Positions 40,190 to 53,475 of a stretch of 64,000 nt of DNA are shown here, piece by piece. The notes beneath the pieces are model-generated. The model was given only the letters and a program-made list of their open reading frames with translations. It made no database searches and was not told where the DNA came from. Made by a program: the position numbers and the translations under genes. Every line of letters starts with the position of its first letter. Positions within the stretch are counted from its first letter, which is position 1. The stretch comes from Eledone cirrhosa. Its lineage: Eukaryota. Location: positions 30,256,001 through 30,320,000 of the forward strand of contig OZ024752.1 in NCBI GenBank assembly GCA_964016885.1, in the 5' to 3' direction.

Positions 40190-41359
40190 AAATAGGAATC
40201 CTTTAAAAGAGGTGGTTTAGTTTCATAGGTTTTGGGCAGGTTGGTGTCTAATTGGTTAAATATATGATCAGAACATCAAATCTTAAATTTTTCCCCAACT
40301 CTAAGAATGGAAATGAGAAACCTAGAAGGAGAATCGGTCTCGGTACTTTACTGGTGCTTTTTTTTATCAACCTTGAATGGATGAAAGGCAAAGTTGACAC
40401 TATCAGGATTTAAACTCATAGAGAAGAGAGCTGTAAAAAGTACCACAAAGCATTCTATCTGGCATTTTAATGACTGCCAATTTGCTACGTAAACTAACCA
40501 ATAGCAACATTGAAAAACATTGGAAAAACATGTAAACTGAATGGATATGTGAATACATATTGCTCTATAGGTTTTGATATCAAGAGAAGCTCAAACAGAA
40601 ATTAAAGTTTCTTAGAGGGCAATTATCCTCCTCCTTATTGATCACTGACTTTCACTCTTTCACTATAGGTTTTGCCTAAGGAAAAGGAGCTATATCCATG
40701 GTATTTGCAGCATACCACCCCACCAAGACCAGTGCAATAGATTCAGTTAACATTTCAGCTTGACAGCTGCAGGAAAACCATTTGCAAAAAGGGACCCCAG
40801 AAGATCAATGATTGGGTAACTTTTTTAAGGATGTGGTTTAAGATATCTGTGTAACAGATGTGAGAGCAGTATATTAGGGATGTGGTTTAAGATGTCTCTC
40901 TGTGTAACAGATGTGAGAGCAGTATTTCAGGGACGTGGTTTAATATGTCTCTCTGTGTAACAGATGTGAGAGCAGTATTTTAAGATGTCAGTGTGTGTAA
41001 CAGATCTAGGAGCAGTATTCTATTTTTGTATAGTTATTGTTGTATAGTTATTGTATTAGTTATTGTTGGGGACTGATATATTTTCTAGCCTTGGAGATTA
41101 AAGCCTGTTTCTGTGATTTAGTATTTGTGCATTCACCAGGAATAATCCTCAGTGATAATAACGTAGATCCTTTGTAGTGAACTTAAGGTTTATAATTTCA
41201 TGTTTTTCATGTTTTGAAGAAAGGCACAATACTGATTTCTTGATATATTTAGTGATAATGTCTGAGCTGTAGAATGAGACAAGATATGACATTGAAAAAT
41301 ATACAGTAACTTAATTCAGTTACGGATTAGGACAATGAGATTGATGAGTTAATATATGT

Positions 41360-41945
41360 ATACAACAACTACAACAGTACGCGATGGGGCCCACCCACAG
41401 CGGACAGAATAGAGAAGGCGTTTCCCTGGCGGACGGCAAGGGAGACGCGCTGGAAAAGCCACTCCAACTCGTGGGGCTCACACCTGCGGCTGGCCAGCTC
41501 AGCGCCTAATGGTGGTGAGTAAGGAGGTAGTCCTGGGGCCGAGGACACCAGAAGTCTCCACTGCCAGGGGTACGACCACAAGCCTATCGGAGAGCGACTG
41601 GTATTTGAGGAGTTTGGCCCCCTCAGCCCGATGTGCAGCAGAACCTGGGTCAGTCGCAGACTGCACCAGATTGCGGCTGCAGAAAGTGTCGGTGCAAGTG
41701 GCATCCCAGACGAGGGGTTTGCCACCGTGGAACGGGAAGATGGTCATGCCATCTGGCCTTTTGCCATCCTCTCAGTCCAGCCCCACCGGCTCGAGCTGGG
41801 AAGGGAAGCCTGCAGCATCCAAGCCATGCTTAATGACCTCGTTGAGAGCAGCATGGCATGGAATGCAGCCGGCACTGTGGTGACAGGAAAGTGGGTGGAG
41901 GCCGAAAGAGTCCATGGTGGAACTGCAGGAGGTTACAGTTCATGG
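41360..41945 (-). mobile_element. 3' fragment of a restriction-like-endonuclease LINE (CRE-like)
   Basis: Zn knuckle DSFGLHPLSC, HAALN, KRPDG, WDATC, AEGAKLLKY, PLAVETSGVLG, FQRVSLAVRQGNA; frameshifts and stops. Confidence 0.85.
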
Positions 41946-42061
41946 AGGTAGTCTAAGTTTGCAGTAATAAATCAAAGTGGTTTGTGGAGGACAGTTTGGG
42001 TACAGAAGGTTATGGAAAAATGAAGCACAGCATAATTTGCATAAGAGTACACATTATTTGA

Positions 42062-42243
42062 GGGCAGTGGATTGGCAGTATTAGTAGAGCGTTAAACACC
42101 ATGCTTTGCAGTATAGAGTTATGGCCCTTTACGTTCTGAGTTCAAATCCTGCCGAGGTTAGCTTTGCCTTTCATCCTTACACGGTTGATAAAATAAAGCA
42201 CTGAGGTAAATGCTGGCCTTGTGCCAAAAGCAGAAACAATTAT
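42062..42243 (+). mobile_element. Meta-like tRNA SINE (further copies ~40340-40480 -, 51660-51757 -, 55058-55260 +)
   Basis: Same head, central and tail motifs. Confidence 0.85.
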
Positions 42244-43489
42244 TTGAGATGGCAACAAGTAGTTGTAGATGTATTAATATAATGAAAAAAGAATGTGGGT
42301 GATAAACTTTAACCTTATGGCACACCAGAATTAATAACATGTGGAATAAAGAGAAAGCTCCATCACTGTAAGCCTCTATCTAATCCATAAGACACAAGAT
42401 AGAGATCATAGGTGAGCAGTTTTTCCAGGTGACCCTGTCATAACGAGACTATGTTGACAAATCAGAATTATTTTGTGAGGTAAATAAACAAACTAGCAAT
42501 ATCATTTTCAATAAAATTAATTTCTGTTTATTTCACCAGCCAGAAATTATTTTAAATTGTGGCTAAATATTTGAGATAAAATGTGAGTTTGAGCTCAGAT
42601 TCTCTAATTGTTGTTTATGTTGAATCAAAGTCCATTACTTAGTTTGATAGTTAAAGGCAAAGAAAGTGGATAAGATTAGGTATGACATCAACTTGTAATA
42701 TTACATGATCTACAGAATATAAATATTACATGCTCCAACAGAATATATGTATATTACATATTACAATATTACAACGGTATATATTACATGCTCCAACAGA
42801 ATATATATATATATATTTCATATTACACAGGTATATATATATTTCATGTTACAACAGTATATATAAGAAAATATCCTAACTTTATAAAATAATCTCATTG
42901 AAAAAATACAGACTATTAGATGTAATTCAGAAAAAAAATGAGAGAGAGAGAAATTTGAATATAATAAAAAGAAAAATAGAAAAAACATTAGTTATTTTTC
43001 AATAAGTTCATGATTTATTATAATTTTGAATACAATGACAGTTCTTGTAAAAGGAAACTACATATGGAAAATATCTGATTTTATCATTCGTTTATTTTCT
43101 TCTTATTATTATTATTAATGTCTATTACTTTCCTGGAGCCTCACCTGAGAAAAGAAAGCATCTGCAGCTGCAGTGAAAAAAACTAATGTCTAAGAACTTT
43201 ATAACTCCAAAATAAAATTATTTCCTGGACTTAAACAAAGGAGTTTAAGTCCAGGATGATAACTCATTTAGTAAAGGACAGATGTGGCCCCTAGCTAAAG
43301 ATTTCATTAGGACTTTTGCAAATTGTTTATAGTAACCAAAACATTAATTTGTGGGCCTTTAAATATTGTGAGGCTCTTACCTACAATCCAGCCAGCCCTC
43401 TTCCTTAACTCACCACTACCATTTAGTGTTAAGGTAATAATAAATATATCATAACCTCAAATGCATGAATGTTATCCAACCATCTTGCT

Positions 43490-44120
43490 CAGGGTCTACC
43501 CCTATGTCTCCTGCCAGCTGGTTTTTGCCATAAAAATCTGTCCAGCAATTCTTTCCTGAGACATTCTAAGCACATGCCCATAATATCGGAGCTGTGATCT
43601 CTCAATTCGGGGAAGTAGTGAATCTACCTGGAGTGACTCTCCAAGCTACATACTCTATTGAGTTACGTTACTACAAAGACCCTTCAGAGGAACCCCATTT
43701 CGACAACTTGCATTCAAGATTGTAGCCTTACGGTCATTACCCAAATTCATGACTTTAGGCACAAACACTGAATGAAGATAGTGAGTTTGGCTTTTACTCC
43801 TACCTCCCTTCTTCTAATGACCAAATATTGAAACTGGCACATTACTGCACTAGCTCCTGCAATTCTTGCACTTATTTTAGCCTCCTGCCTTCCATCATTC
43901 ATCAACACAGCCCCGAGATATTTGAACTTTCCTGCTGCTTCAATGGAACTCCACTGACATGTAGAGTGCATTTTGCAGGCTTCTTTGAGAAGATGAAGTA
44001 TCTCAGTCTTTGCAGCACTGCATTCCAGCCGCGTAACACTTGGCATCAAACCTATCAAGTACATGTCAGAGATCAGCTTTTGACAAGCTGAATAATACCA
44101 TGTTGTATGCAAATTCCAGT
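43490..44120 (-). mobile_element. Degraded RTE-type LINE fragment
   Basis: KFKYLGAVLMNDGRQEAKISARIAGAS..KAKLTIF. Confidence 0.75.
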
Positions 44121-46643
44121 GTTTATCCTACACCCACCAGTCATGATACCATTTCCAACATGGCGGCACATGTCAATCTTGTTCATAATCTTCATCTATT
44201 CTTTAAGTGTTAATATTTCTCTATTTCAGATTTAAAATAATCTTAGAGTAGGGAGTAATTGTAATTTGTAAATATTTGAGAAGAACAAAAGCTGTTCTTT
44301 ACTTGAAAAACAATTTGCACTAAGAATTATAGAAGATAGTAAAATAAGTGAGCACGGTGAAAATGAGCAAGTGGAAAGAATATATAAATTAGTTTTAAGT
44401 GTGATAACATGCTATGAAATATGTTGGTCCTCTCTCTCCTTGTTTCCAGCTAAATCTGATAACATATTTTTAACAGTGCCCCTAATAATAAGTGTGATGA
44501 CATGCAAATATATCTGACAATGTGATAGTGAGTGTAATGATATGCAAACAGGTCTGTCAAGTATGATAGTGAAATTAGAAATGGCATATGTAATAGAAAT
44601 GACATTCCAGAGTTAAATGTGAAAGCACAGGCAAAAAGAACAAAAACAAAACAAAACAACAACTAACATTATGGATATATTAGCATGATGGCATCTTAAC
44701 AGAAGTAATATTGTAAAAGTGTGTATGTTTGTGTGTGGTTAGGATGGAAAGGGTGGGTGTTATCACAACTGATAATAGTTCAGTAAGTATGCTGGCATAG
44801 TGACATTGCTAACATTACAGAGTTAAGTGTATATGGGGAGGGGGAGGGGTGGCATGTTAACAGGTTTGGAATATAGAGGCAGTAAATGGTATGACATGCT
44901 AATAGATTTTGTAATATACAGGCAGTAAATGTGATGATGTTCAAAACATAATAGACAAGAGTGGGCTGTATTATATAGCTATATAGTACAGTGGTATGGT
45001 GGTGTTATGGTGATCATGAGTACGATGACATGCCAATAGAACTGATATTATGTAGCAATTAAATAAGAGAGAAGCTATTAGGAAATTGATGATGTAATTG
45101 ATACCATTCATTTTTCCCTTTTTAAGGTTGCTTTCAGTACAATGCTAATGAAACTGTCAACAGAATTCAGAAGTCCTTCAATAGATAAACATAAAAGATT
45201 CTATAAATTACAACACAAAAGAAATTCAAAACTCCTTTAAGAAATAAATATTAATTTATCAATGACAATAATATATTCTTTAATTTATTATTCTACAGAT
45301 CATTAAACTACTAATAAATGAGAGTTCATACAATTTAATAGAGTAATTAATAGATTAACAATATTTCTTTATAAAAAAGATATTTATAATCCAGTTTAAC
45401 AATTTTCTTAAAGGATTAACTGCTATGATTAGAATATAAATGATATTAAACATTATAAACAATGATGGGCTATGTTGGGTATTAATAGAGTCACCTTTTC
45501 TATTGGGAGTATATGATTAATTATTTTGTGGGTATAAAATAGAAGTTAAAATAGCAGAAACAATTTATATTTCTTAATTTGACAAGGAATGGAAATTGAT
45601 AACAAGGTTTCTCTATAAGCAGTAACTACAAAGGATAAGTGTGTTTATTGATCTATTGTTCTTTTGTTTGGTACGAATCTAAGATGTTTCTTCTCTTAAA
45701 TGTATGTTTGAAAATGGGTTCATCTCCAATATACTCTATCATTGATCAAATCGATTGACAATATCCCTGATCACACTTGCTCACCATGTGGGATGGAACT
45801 TGTTAAATCGGACCAAAGAAACAATTCTGAAACAATACTGATGCTATCTACTAGAATACATGACTGGAGATGCACACTTGGTCTATCAAAGTAAAAAAAA
45901 TAAAATCCACTCAGAAATCACCAGAAAAAATGGCATGAGACCAGATATAGTACTTCACTGCCATTCATCAAAACAAGAGATTCTGATTGAAATTACTGTG
46001 ACATCTGAAAACGAAATGGAGTAACCATACATACTAAGTATGTCAGTAGCTTGAGGTAAACCATCTTCCAAGCTAAGGCCTTTGCCAGAGAAGTTGGATC
46101 CAGGTTTTCTTTTTAAATCAAATCTGCCAAATTTGTTCTCATGAAACAAATATGGATTTCTGATAAGTAGAGGACCAGAGCCCTAGGGTAGAAGAAGTTG
46201 AATCAGAGTTCCAGGTAAATCTGGTCGACGATGAACGAAAGTAAATTCCATAAGGTTTAAATGTCCCTATTTACAAGAGGTGTCCAGTAATTAAATAGTT
46301 AAGATATCCATCATGAAAGTAAGTTGTCTGATAACCCTGGAGAGAAAATGGTGAAACCAAAACAGAAGGGAAATCAGGAACTTGCTGTTTTAGAGGGTGA
46401 GGAGTTAATGACTGAAACATTTGCATGAAGGAGGCGCTTCTTTTCTGAAAACCTTCTTCTGCTCTCCAGCTCTCCCAAGAGTTTTTTACCACTATCTATA
46501 GAGTTCAATCGACAAGATCCAAACCTCATTCACTTACCGAATGGGGTGGAACTCATCAAATTCGACCAAGGAAACAATGTTTCCATTGCTGATGCTATCT
46601 ACCAGTCACAACTTCTCTCTCTCTCTCTCTATATATATATATC

Positions 46644-46978
46644 ATCATTTCATTTTACGTCCGCTTTTTCCCTGCTTGCAAGGGTGGGACGGGAACTGAT
46701 TCTGGCTTGATTTCTACAGCTGGATGCCCTTCCTAACACCAACCTCATTTACAGTGAGTACTGGGTGCTTTTTTGCCATGGCACCTCCACGACCACTTTG
46801 CAGTGGAATGATAGGGACCCCAGTCCCTATCATCTCATTTCTACAGCTGAGTAAACTGGAGCAATGTGAAATAAAGTGTCTTGCTCAAGGAAACAACACA
46901 TCGCCCGGTCTGAGAATTGAACTCACAACCTTTCGATTGCAAGGCCAATGCTCTAACCACTAAGCCATGTGCCTCCAT
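46644..46978 (-). mobile_element. tRNA-derived CORE-like SINE with RTE-derived 3' half
   Basis: Near-identical reverse complement of 60531-60870. Confidence 0.9.
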
Positions 46979-49441
46979 GTATATATATGTAGCATAGGTA
47001 TAGATTTTGATTGACAAGATCCCAGACCTCATTCGCTGGAGTGGAACTCAAAAAATTAGACCAAGGAAACAATGTTTCCATTGGTCTTTCCATTGGTGAT
47101 ATTATCTACAACTCCTAACCAAGATTGTTTATTTAAACTTAGGAAATTTATCAACTACATTAAATTTAAAAAAAACAACATTTTTTGCAACAAAATTTGA
47201 CATAGAAGATATAAAATATATTTAAAAGCGAAAATCATATAATGACTTCGTTGAAATTAAAAGCAGATATTAAACTCATAATTGCCAGTAAAGAAAACAC
47301 ATTAAGTCTGTGATGGTGGAGGAGGCTGGTGGAGGGTGTTGAGTGTGGTGAAGGGTAATTGATGGTGATAATGTTTATAATGTTTATATAAACATTATAT
47401 GGCAGTAAAATCACACAAAATACTATTAAGGAAAAAACTTTGAAAAATGTATGAAGGAAATTTACTGCATAAAATAAAATAAAATAAATGAATTAAATAT
47501 ATAATATGATAATGACATTTCTTTAGAATTATGGTGAGAACATAACTCATGGATTTAATCTGCTACAAGACAGTTTTTTCCTACCTCGTTTTATCTAATT
47601 AGGAAAGTAATAGACCAGACTTGTTGATAAAACTTGTAAATATATGTAGACAGTTTCATCATAGTTGAAGACTCTCTATTTTAAAGATAGATATGATGAT
47701 GATGATGATGATGACAGTGATGGTGATGTTGACGATGGTGATAATAATAATAGTGATGGTGATGATGATAAAATTATGATAATGATGATGATAAAGATGA
47801 TATTTTCATCTCCTGGTTGGTTCTGATCAAGTATCAAGTATTAAGCATAGGTTTGATGAAATGGCATTCCAGCCTTCATCATCTCATCACTTTTGTTTTT
47901 TAAGATAGTCTACTGAGGACTACATTACCCAATGTGCATTGCTGTATTTTTTCAGATGGTAGGGTGTGGTTTATGGAGAATTTAGCTGCTAATTCTAGCA
48001 GGTCACACAACCTCGTAGAGATTACATTGTTGACTCTCAACATTGATGATGATGAGGTAGAGGAGAAGAAAGTAGGAGGTGAATGAAGAAGAGAAGGGAG
48101 AAGGAAGAGTGAGCAGGGAAAAGAAGAGAAGGAAGAGAAGGATGGTGATGATGATGAAGAGGAGCAGAAGAATAAAGAGGAAGTAGGAGGAAGATGAGGA
48201 TGAGCAAGAGGAGGAGGAGAAAGGGGCGAAGAGATGGATGGGAGTGTGGAAAAAGACGAAGAAGGAAAAAAGAAAGGAGGAGGATAGTGAGATACCAATG
48301 GAGCATCATTTTCAACATGGAACCCTATTTTAAGTGGAATTACCCAAGTTTTAAACCTCCTGGCTCAGGTCTCATCCTCAGAGCTTCTCTTTATAACTCC
48401 AGCTCAAAATTGATATTCTAGAACCACCACCACTAACAACACCACAACAACACCAGGATGGAGAGGTTGACGATGGTTTTTACAGATAACAATGCATTAT
48501 TCATGAATATATTTAGTTTCAGAAAATATGTTAAAATCACAATGAAAAGAATGAGAAACACTTAATACTGCAAACAACATATAATTGAAATAATTCATTA
48601 AACAAAATCCCTTTTTTTATCATTTAAAGAAAAATGTATTCTTTTATTTATTTATAAACTGAAACTCTTGATATAAATATATCCAATTGTATATATAATA
48701 TATATATATAAAATGTATATAATATATAAATATATATATAAAATGTATATAATATATAAGTATATACATAATATATATGATATATATAATATATGTATAT
48801 ATATACAAAATATACAGATATGTACATAATATATTAAAAAAATATATATGTATATTATATATTATATGTATTTATTATATATAAATTTGTATATAATATA
48901 TATATATAGTAGCATTCCCATATATGTATACATAACTATATTACATTTCAAGCTTATTTTCCTCATCTATATTCATGTATGTCTATTTCCTGAAAGAAAA
49001 ATAATCATCATCATCATTTTTACATCTGTTTTCTCCATGTTTCCATGGATTAGAGGAGTTCTCTCCAGTACAATGTCCCTCTGTTTCTCTCTTTCCTTTG
49101 TCATCTCCTTTTTGAAGTTCACCACTCTCTGACACCCATTATCACCACTCCTGCACAAGTATTCCTTTGCTTACCTCTACCATAGCTTCCTTCTACCTGA
49201 ACCTCCTGAAATTTATTTAACCACTGATTATCTTATCGTACACATACTTCAACTTTCTCCAGTTTACCTCACTAGCAAAAGTGGATTCAATCTTGTTTTC
49301 TGATTAAGTAATTAGCAGTTGGAAGATAATCTAACTAAGGAATACCTGTTCTAATAAAGCCTATGCAAACAGAAAAATGGATGCAAAAATACCACAAAAA
49401 TTATAAATTCTGAAAATCTCTATTCAATTAAATTTCTATTT

Positions 49442-49805
49442 TTAACCCTTTGTTAACATATTTCTAAGAAAATAAACTGTATGTTTAAATCATTTACCAT
49501 ATTTCTCGTGAAATACACTGCCTATGTTTAAACCTATTCATTATCATATTTCTCATGAAATACACTGCCTATGTTTAAACCATTTCATTACCATATTTCT
49601 CATGAAATACACTGCCTATATTTAAACCTATTCATTACCATATTTCTAATGAAATATGCTGCCTATGTTTAAACCATTTCATTACCATATTCTAATAAAA
49701 TAAACTGTCTATGTTTAAATCCTTTGTTACTATATTTCTAATGAAATATACTGCCTATGTTTAAATCATTTGTTACCTTATTTCTAATGAAATATAATGC
49801 CTTTC
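49442..49805. repeat. ~46-bp minisatellite derived from the MITE-B terminus
   Basis: Starts TTAACCCTTTGTTA; unit ttaccatatttctcatgaaatacactgcctatgtttaaac. Confidence 0.8.
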
Positions 49806-50282
49806 AAATAATAAAAAATTTGGGATGGGGATTTATTCATAGTTTTATGTAACATAAAACAAATTGCTCTACACCAACTCATGCATAAATTTACTGAAAT
49901 AAAAACACAAGATTAGAGCATGTGAAAATCTGACTTTAGAGCAAAAATATTCAGTTTAGATAATATACAGAATATATATTGTTACATTGCTATTGAAGTT
50001 ATATGGAATAGTTTATTGCCCTTGAAGCTAGAATATGAAAAAGCATGTGTTACTTACTTCATATGAATATTTCCGAAACTTAAATAGGTGTTTTACTTTA
50101 TCCATGATTATCTGAGTAATTTACTACAGATGAATTAATGGTTGAACTGATAAAAAAACCCTTGGCACTGCAAAAGAAAAGAAATATATATATAAGGATG
50201 AGTAAAAAAAGGAAAATATTTATGTAAAATAGGAGAAAGGTTGTGACAATACATAAATAAAAACATAACAATGTTTATGAAT

Positions 50283-50700
50283 ATCATCATCATCATCATT
50301 GTGACCACAGTCAAACATTCGTGCTGAAGTCTCTTTACAATTCATGATTTTCCATTGCTCCTGGCAACTGTTCCTTACTGAGGTTTGTATTGTTTGTTTG
50401 GGCAAGTCTTCCTCTACTGTGTCTCATGTGAGTTGGTTCCCACAAGAGTAACTTGTGTATAACTTTCTGATTACTTCTTCAGCAATGTCCTGCACATTGA
50501 AACCGTCTTTGAGCAATTTTAGTTCTTTACTTGGGCAAATTTCCATATAAATTTTAATTTGTAATATGTTGATGCCAGTTTATGTTTTGTACAACCCTAA
50601 GCACTTTAGTATAGGCACCATCTAGTTTCTTCTCAAGTGCTTGTGCTAGGGTCCAAGTATCTGATCCATACAACAACATTCACTCAACAGATGTTTTGTC
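50283..50700 (-). mobile_element. Degraded RTE/RTEX-like LINE 3' end
   Basis: LLYGSDTWTLAQALEKKLDGAYTKVLR..LYGNLP..LLLWEP; (GAT) tail. Confidence 0.75.
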
Positions 50701-53086
50701 TATGTTAGTTAATCTAGTTTAAATTTCAGTTTTACCTCATTTATCCAGCAAATTTTACTGTATCTAGTTTCTTCATAGAAGTTAATAATTTAAACTTAAA
50801 AATAGTGTTCAAAATGAATTAATCTCATGAAAGAAGATGATGTCTGCATTATAAATAAATATTTCATTTAGTTGTATTATTAATTCAGATTAGAATGAAA
50901 TGACTGGTGTTGATAAAAGCTGTAGAACCAAGTCAGTAGAAGTTACGATATCAATAGGAGATATACACCAATGCTAATAGAGTTATGATTATGGGACCAT
51001 CACCAAGGATGGATAACACTGCCAACTGACCCCTCAATGATTACGGGGCCAACATGAAGGATGGATGCACTGCCAACTGATTCTTTCAATGATGTAGGAG
51101 TGTCAGCTGAAAAGTTGATAGACTGGGTATGATGGATTGATGTTAGAGCTGTGAAGTCTTGCATGCATTAAATTCAACTCTTCTTATTAATAACTGCATT
51201 GTTTCTTTCCAGGGATTTTGTTGAAAAATAAACCTTATTTGGTCGTTCTATGAGAGTAATTTGGTCAGCCTATGAACTTTTCAGCCAGCCCTCATACACT
51301 CACATTTAGAAAATAGAATCTATATAAAAATATCCTGAAATAGTTCCTTGAAGTTTTGACTTAACTTTCTTCTCAAAACACAAAGAATAAAGATAAATTT
51401 AAAAAACAAAACAAAAATGTTAATCAACAAAACTGGTCAAAATGATTTTACAGCTCTAGCATCCCTCCTGCATAGTCAGCCAATAATCTGAGGGAGATTT
51501 GGCTGATATTTCTAGCATTTCTGATATTACTACCATGTCTACTATATAAAGGCTTCTTTGGAATAATTTTGACAACTAAGTAGAAGAATTAAATGTAAAA
51601 TTCTATGGAAAAAGAAATCTCTGAATAGGTGTTTTAATATCAAAACCTAATTAATTGATAATTGTTTCTACTTTTGGCACAAGGCCAGTAATTATCCCAG
51701 TGTATTACTGGTACTTTATTTTATTGACCCTGTAAGGCAAAGTTAACCTCGGCAGGATATAAAGCAATTTGTCATTTAAACAATTTTGTAAACATTTCAC
51801 TGTCTTATTTCTTAATAAATTCTTCTTAATTCCTTTAAAACACCTGATATGCTATTAAGATTTGATCTATTCTTATAACATGTTTCACTTTTAATGGCAT
51901 TTCCTTGACATTCTGTAAGTGTATGTGACAGTTATGGAAAGTTGGTTCCTATTTACTCCTCTTGGTTTATTTACACCTAGGGGAATCAAGTAGTGTAGTA
52001 ATATAGAACATGGACATGTTTTAATATGGTGAAATTTTATCTGAAAACATGTACACCCTAAAATAAATAGTACTGAATCAGGTTTGACAGTGACAATTGA
52101 CAGTAATTTTTTGCACACATGCATTTTGTGATCAGGGAGGTTAGATGTTAGGAGTTTTTTGTATGAGTGCAGTGAAGCTGTTGATGTATTTGTGAATAAG
52201 TTGCAAATATAAACTTACTTTGCTTGGCAAGCAGTTCATATCACTTGCTGTGTTCCATTATGAACTATTTTAAGACACAAATGTCCCACATGTTGTTGAG
52301 CTTTCTAATATAGACATCAGTCATTTTTTTAAGACACACAGTTGCTATTTTTATATCGTAAACCAATAAAGAACCAATTACATGCTTACAATATGTAAAC
52401 CAACTGACACAATAAACTACCTCATAGAAATTATTAATTCCATTGCCATTGTGCAAGTATAATATATATATATTTTTTCTTTTACTAGATCTACCTACTC
52501 AATTCTTACATTCTGAGTATGGATGTACTTTGGAACACTGTTGACTTTAGAACTTACTAAAATGAAAAAGAAGTTTTTCATTAATCACATTTATCTTTAG
52601 ACCTTTTCAAATTAAGCTTACTCTTCCATAGCAATTTATTTCTGGGGTTCTGGGAGTGAAAACTAAATCAACAGGTAACAGAAGCCTTTAATTATCAACT
52701 ACTATGTGGTAGAGAAGTTGTTGTGAAAAAATACCTCATTATTCATTAGTTAAATAAATTTCAGATTCCTATCTACAAGACACACACGTGAAAACAGTTT
52801 CAACATATGAAAAGACAATATAAAATGTTCAACTGTCTTTACAGTTCTGGTTGGACTACACCTTGATGATGAAGTGTTATAAGACTAGTACCTATCACCA
52901 TACTGCTAACGACTTTACAGTTCTGGTTGGATTGTGCCTTGTTGTTGAAGTGTCATAAGACTAACACATATCAGCATTGTGCTAAAGACTTTACAGTTGG
53001 TTTGACTATATCTTGTTGAAGTGTTATAAGACTAATATATATATATAAATAAATTAGACAATTATCAAAGTTGTGTTCAAATCATT

Positions 53087-53140
53087 TAATAGCTGACAAT
53101 CGTTTCTTCCAAACTCTCGTTTGGAGTCATCGGAGCATTA
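53087..53140 (-). ncRNA. Hammerhead-like motif with core variant (CCGATGA), Penelope pLTR-like
   Basis: Minus strand TAATGCT-CCGATGA-cTCCAAAC gaga GTTTGGAa-GAAAC gatt GTC-AGCTATTA, overlapping ATTAAA. Confidence 0.65.
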
Positions 53141-53475
53141 TCAATGTTTGTACATATAATTAACCTCCTATTCAACTGAACAATAATATAGATACATATA
53201 TATTGATGTTGTGAGCAACAGTTTCGTATTTACAGGGTGGAATGGATGTGACATATATTTTATGAGAATTGTACAATAATTGTACAAAAACTCAAATTCA
53301 AATTGAAAGCACAGAGTGGAATACATGCAACAGATATAACAAGAGAATAGTCCAATAATTCTCTTACTGGTAATAAGGTAGTAGGAAATTACTGACCTTT
53401 CCTGTTTATAGTTGTTTATAGTATATACATAACTATAAATAGTATTATTATTATTATATATATATATATATATAT

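Larger units (their letters stand above)
146..51309 (+). pseudogene. Candidate decayed multi-exon protein-coding gene, product unidentified
   Basis: Unique-sequence segments mostly bounded by AG acceptors and GT donors: 146-397, 527-638, 1558-1609, 3768-3888, 5756-5837, 8774-8849, 9976-10054, 10142-10333 (GC donor), 36779-36862, 37029-37250, 37405-37522 (acceptor lost), 41089-41187, 44230-44347, 44450-44527, 45127-~45241 (donor unclear), 47527-47635, 50889-51126, 51213-51309. Segments 5756 to 37250 join in one frame with 12 stops, 8 of them TGA. Confidence 0.5.
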
